A stretch of DNA of 59,970 nucleotides from Ignavibacteria bacterium (GTDB lineage Bacteria; Bacteroidota; Ignavibacteria; Kapaibacteriales; Kapaibacteriaceae). Shown here piece by piece: positions 58,495-59,970 of this stretch. The translations under genes were made by a program, and so were the position numbers. Location: NCBI GenBank assembly GCA_040380835.1, contig JBEIIK010000003.1:1-59970 (forward strand). Reading direction: 5' to 3'. Each line of letters starts with the position of its first letter. The first letter of the stretch is position 1. The notes under the pieces were generated by a model. The model was not told the origin of the DNA, ran no database searches, and saw nothing but the letters and a program-made list of their open reading frames with translations.

Positions 58495-59970
58495 CAGAAC
58501 TTCAGCTCCAGGGAGATCGTAGGGAGAATTGGCAGAAGCCGCACGTCGCGAGCCGTTGGAATCCCGTCGGTTGTCAGGAAGGACCTGAACCAGATGTCAC
58601 GACGCGAGTACACGTTATAGATGTCAAGGAACAACCGGCATGGCAGGCCGAACATCGTCGTGTTGTAATTGACGTTAAGGTTCAACTGGTGTGAGTTCGG
58701 CAGGCGCAGGCCCCAGCGCTGCGAAGGGTTGACCATCACCACGCCCCCTTCCCATCCCGGCATGCGTCCGGCAAGGGTAGATGTTGCACCAGTATAGGAC
58801 TGCCCCGACTGAAACATGAACGACGAACCGATCTCCCAGTCATCGTTGATACGGTACATGGCCGTGATCTTCAGATCATGACGCCGGTCAAACTTCGGAC
58901 GGAACCAATTTCCAAGGTTGACACTATCGAAGCGCGAATAGACAAAGCCCAAAGCGTAGCCGATCCAACCAGTAAGCCGTCCAGATCGTTTTTGCACGAA
59001 GAACTCGGCTCCGTACGTATATCCGTTGCCAACATAGAAGATGTCAGCAACATCCACTTGACGTCCGCGATTGCCCTGCTGCAGCTCATTGATATTCGCA
59101 AGGTTCTTGTAGTACACATCGACGTTGATGTCGTAACCGTCATACGGACGTGATTCCATCGACAGGACGTAGTGATCAGCCCGACCCGGTGGCACTGAGC
59201 GGTCCGACGGAAGCCACGTGTCGAAGAACGAAAAGTCCGGTGCCGAGGCCAGACGCAGGTACTGGTGGTAGATGCCCCAGGCGGCTTTGAGCGCTACGTC
59301 TTCCGTGAGCTGGTATCGCACCGCAAGACGCGGATCCATGAGCCACTGCTCGCTAGAGGTCCAGTAACTGGCCCGCATGCCCCCTTGCAGGGTGATCTCA
59401 TCGGTCATGTTCCACGTTGTCTGCGCGTACATCGCCTGCGTGTTATCCCATATCTCCAGGCCGATCGTATCGCGGATGACAGTGTTGTTCTGAGCCGACT
59501 GCTCGAAGAGCTGGACATAGTCAAAGTTGTAAATGTTACCCTCGTACCCACCTTTGACACTGAATGTCTCGCCGGCAAACCATTCAAGCTCGACCTTCGA
59601 GGTATAATCGATGATGCTGTTGTTGACGGCAAAGGCGATTCCGGAGTTCTTGCCGTCGAAGCTGTTATCGTAGCGACTCGCGCTTAACGTGACGGTCGTG
59701 AAGAGTGTCGGGTCGAAAATATGCGACCATCGGGCTGATGTGGCGCGGTTACCGATACGCACGCCGAAATCCAATCCGGGCTGGTTGAATCCAAGATTAT
59801 CCCGAGTCATGAAGCCGCTTACAGACACCTTGTCGTCTTCGCCCAGATTCTGCGTGATCTTGGCGTTGAGGTCATAGAAGTTGAAGGTTGGAAACGGCGA
59901 TGACGGATCTTCCGGAACAAGTCCAAGCACGAGATCAAGATATGTGCGACGTCCGCCAAGGAAGAACGAC
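58494..59970 (-). CDS. TonB-dependent receptor, C-terminal beta-barrel part (N-terminus beyond the right edge)
   Basis: The frame stays open to the window end (...SFFLGGRRTYLDLVLGLVPEDP...). It ends ...RLLPILPTISLELKF with the aromatic C-terminal residue typical of outer-membrane barrels. Confidence 0.85.
   Translation of the reverse strand, partial: SFFLGGRRTYLDLVLGLVPEDPSSPFPTFNFYDLNAKITQNLGEDDKVSVSGFMTRDNLGFNQPGLDFGVRIGNRATSARWSHIFDPTLFTTVTLSASRYDNSFDGKNSGIAFAVNNSIIDYTSKVELEWFAGETFSVKGGYEGNIYNFDYVQLFEQSAQNNTVIRDTIGLEIWDNTQAMYAQTTWNMTDEITLQGGMRASYWTSSEQWLMDPRLAVRYQLTEDVALKAAWGIYHQYLRLASAPDFSFFDTWLPSDRSVPPGRADHYVLSMESRPYDGYDINVDVYYKNLANINELQQGNRGRQVDVADIFYVGNGYTYGAEFFVQKRSGRLTGWIGYALGFVYSRFDSVNLGNWFRPKFDRRHDLKITAMYRINDDWEIGSSFMFQSGQSYTGATSTLAGRMPGWEGGVVMVNPSQRWGLRLPNSHQLNLNVNYNTTMFGLPCRLFLDIYNVYSRRDIWFRSFLTTDGIPTARDVRLLPILPTISLELKF

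Overview
About 60 kb of moderately GC-rich (roughly 55-60% by eye), tightly packed bacterial chromosome with ~50 protein-coding genes. I found no rRNA/tRNA, CRISPR array, transposase/integrase/phage genes or recognisable defence genes. Several signals point to a Bacteroidota/FCB-group organism; the lineage cannot be resolved here. These are SusC/RagA-type and CarboxypepD_reg-type TonB-dependent receptors at the two window edges, a DUF4249 lipoprotein, T9SS C-terminal sorting domains, an LptD/OstA-like protein and TAnnTTTG-like -7 boxes. Most genes are housekeeping: sucC, kdsC, prmA, mfd, tsaB, purB, ftsY, rnhB, folE plus a PTPS/QueD gene, glmS, meaB, pepA, thymidine phosphorylase, M24/M3/M17 peptidases, and an ECF sigma/anti-sigma/TlpA module. 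Many neighbouring genes are joined by 1-4 nt start/stop overlaps (ATGA, GTGA, TGATG). Stand-outs: (1) A short DNA word, core GCCCCCT/AGGGGGC and extended AGCCCCCTGA/TCAGGGGGCT, which I count ~53 times. It occurs on both strands, in all three reading frames and in intergenic DNA, and twice as inverted pairs, one of which forms a terminator. This resembles uptake-signal or Chi-type genomic words. (2) A four-gene cluster (15690-20905, minus strand) of secreted tail-fibre-like and glycine-rich proteins with no assignable function. (3) Two tandem giant T9SS-type surface proteins (37974-46032). (4) An RdgB(HAM1)-carboxymuconolactone-decarboxylase-like fusion. (5) An FG-GAP/VCBS protein with an N-terminal CxxCH motif. 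All functional calls rest on my own reading of the translated ORFs (motif recall), not on database searches. All counts are manual.
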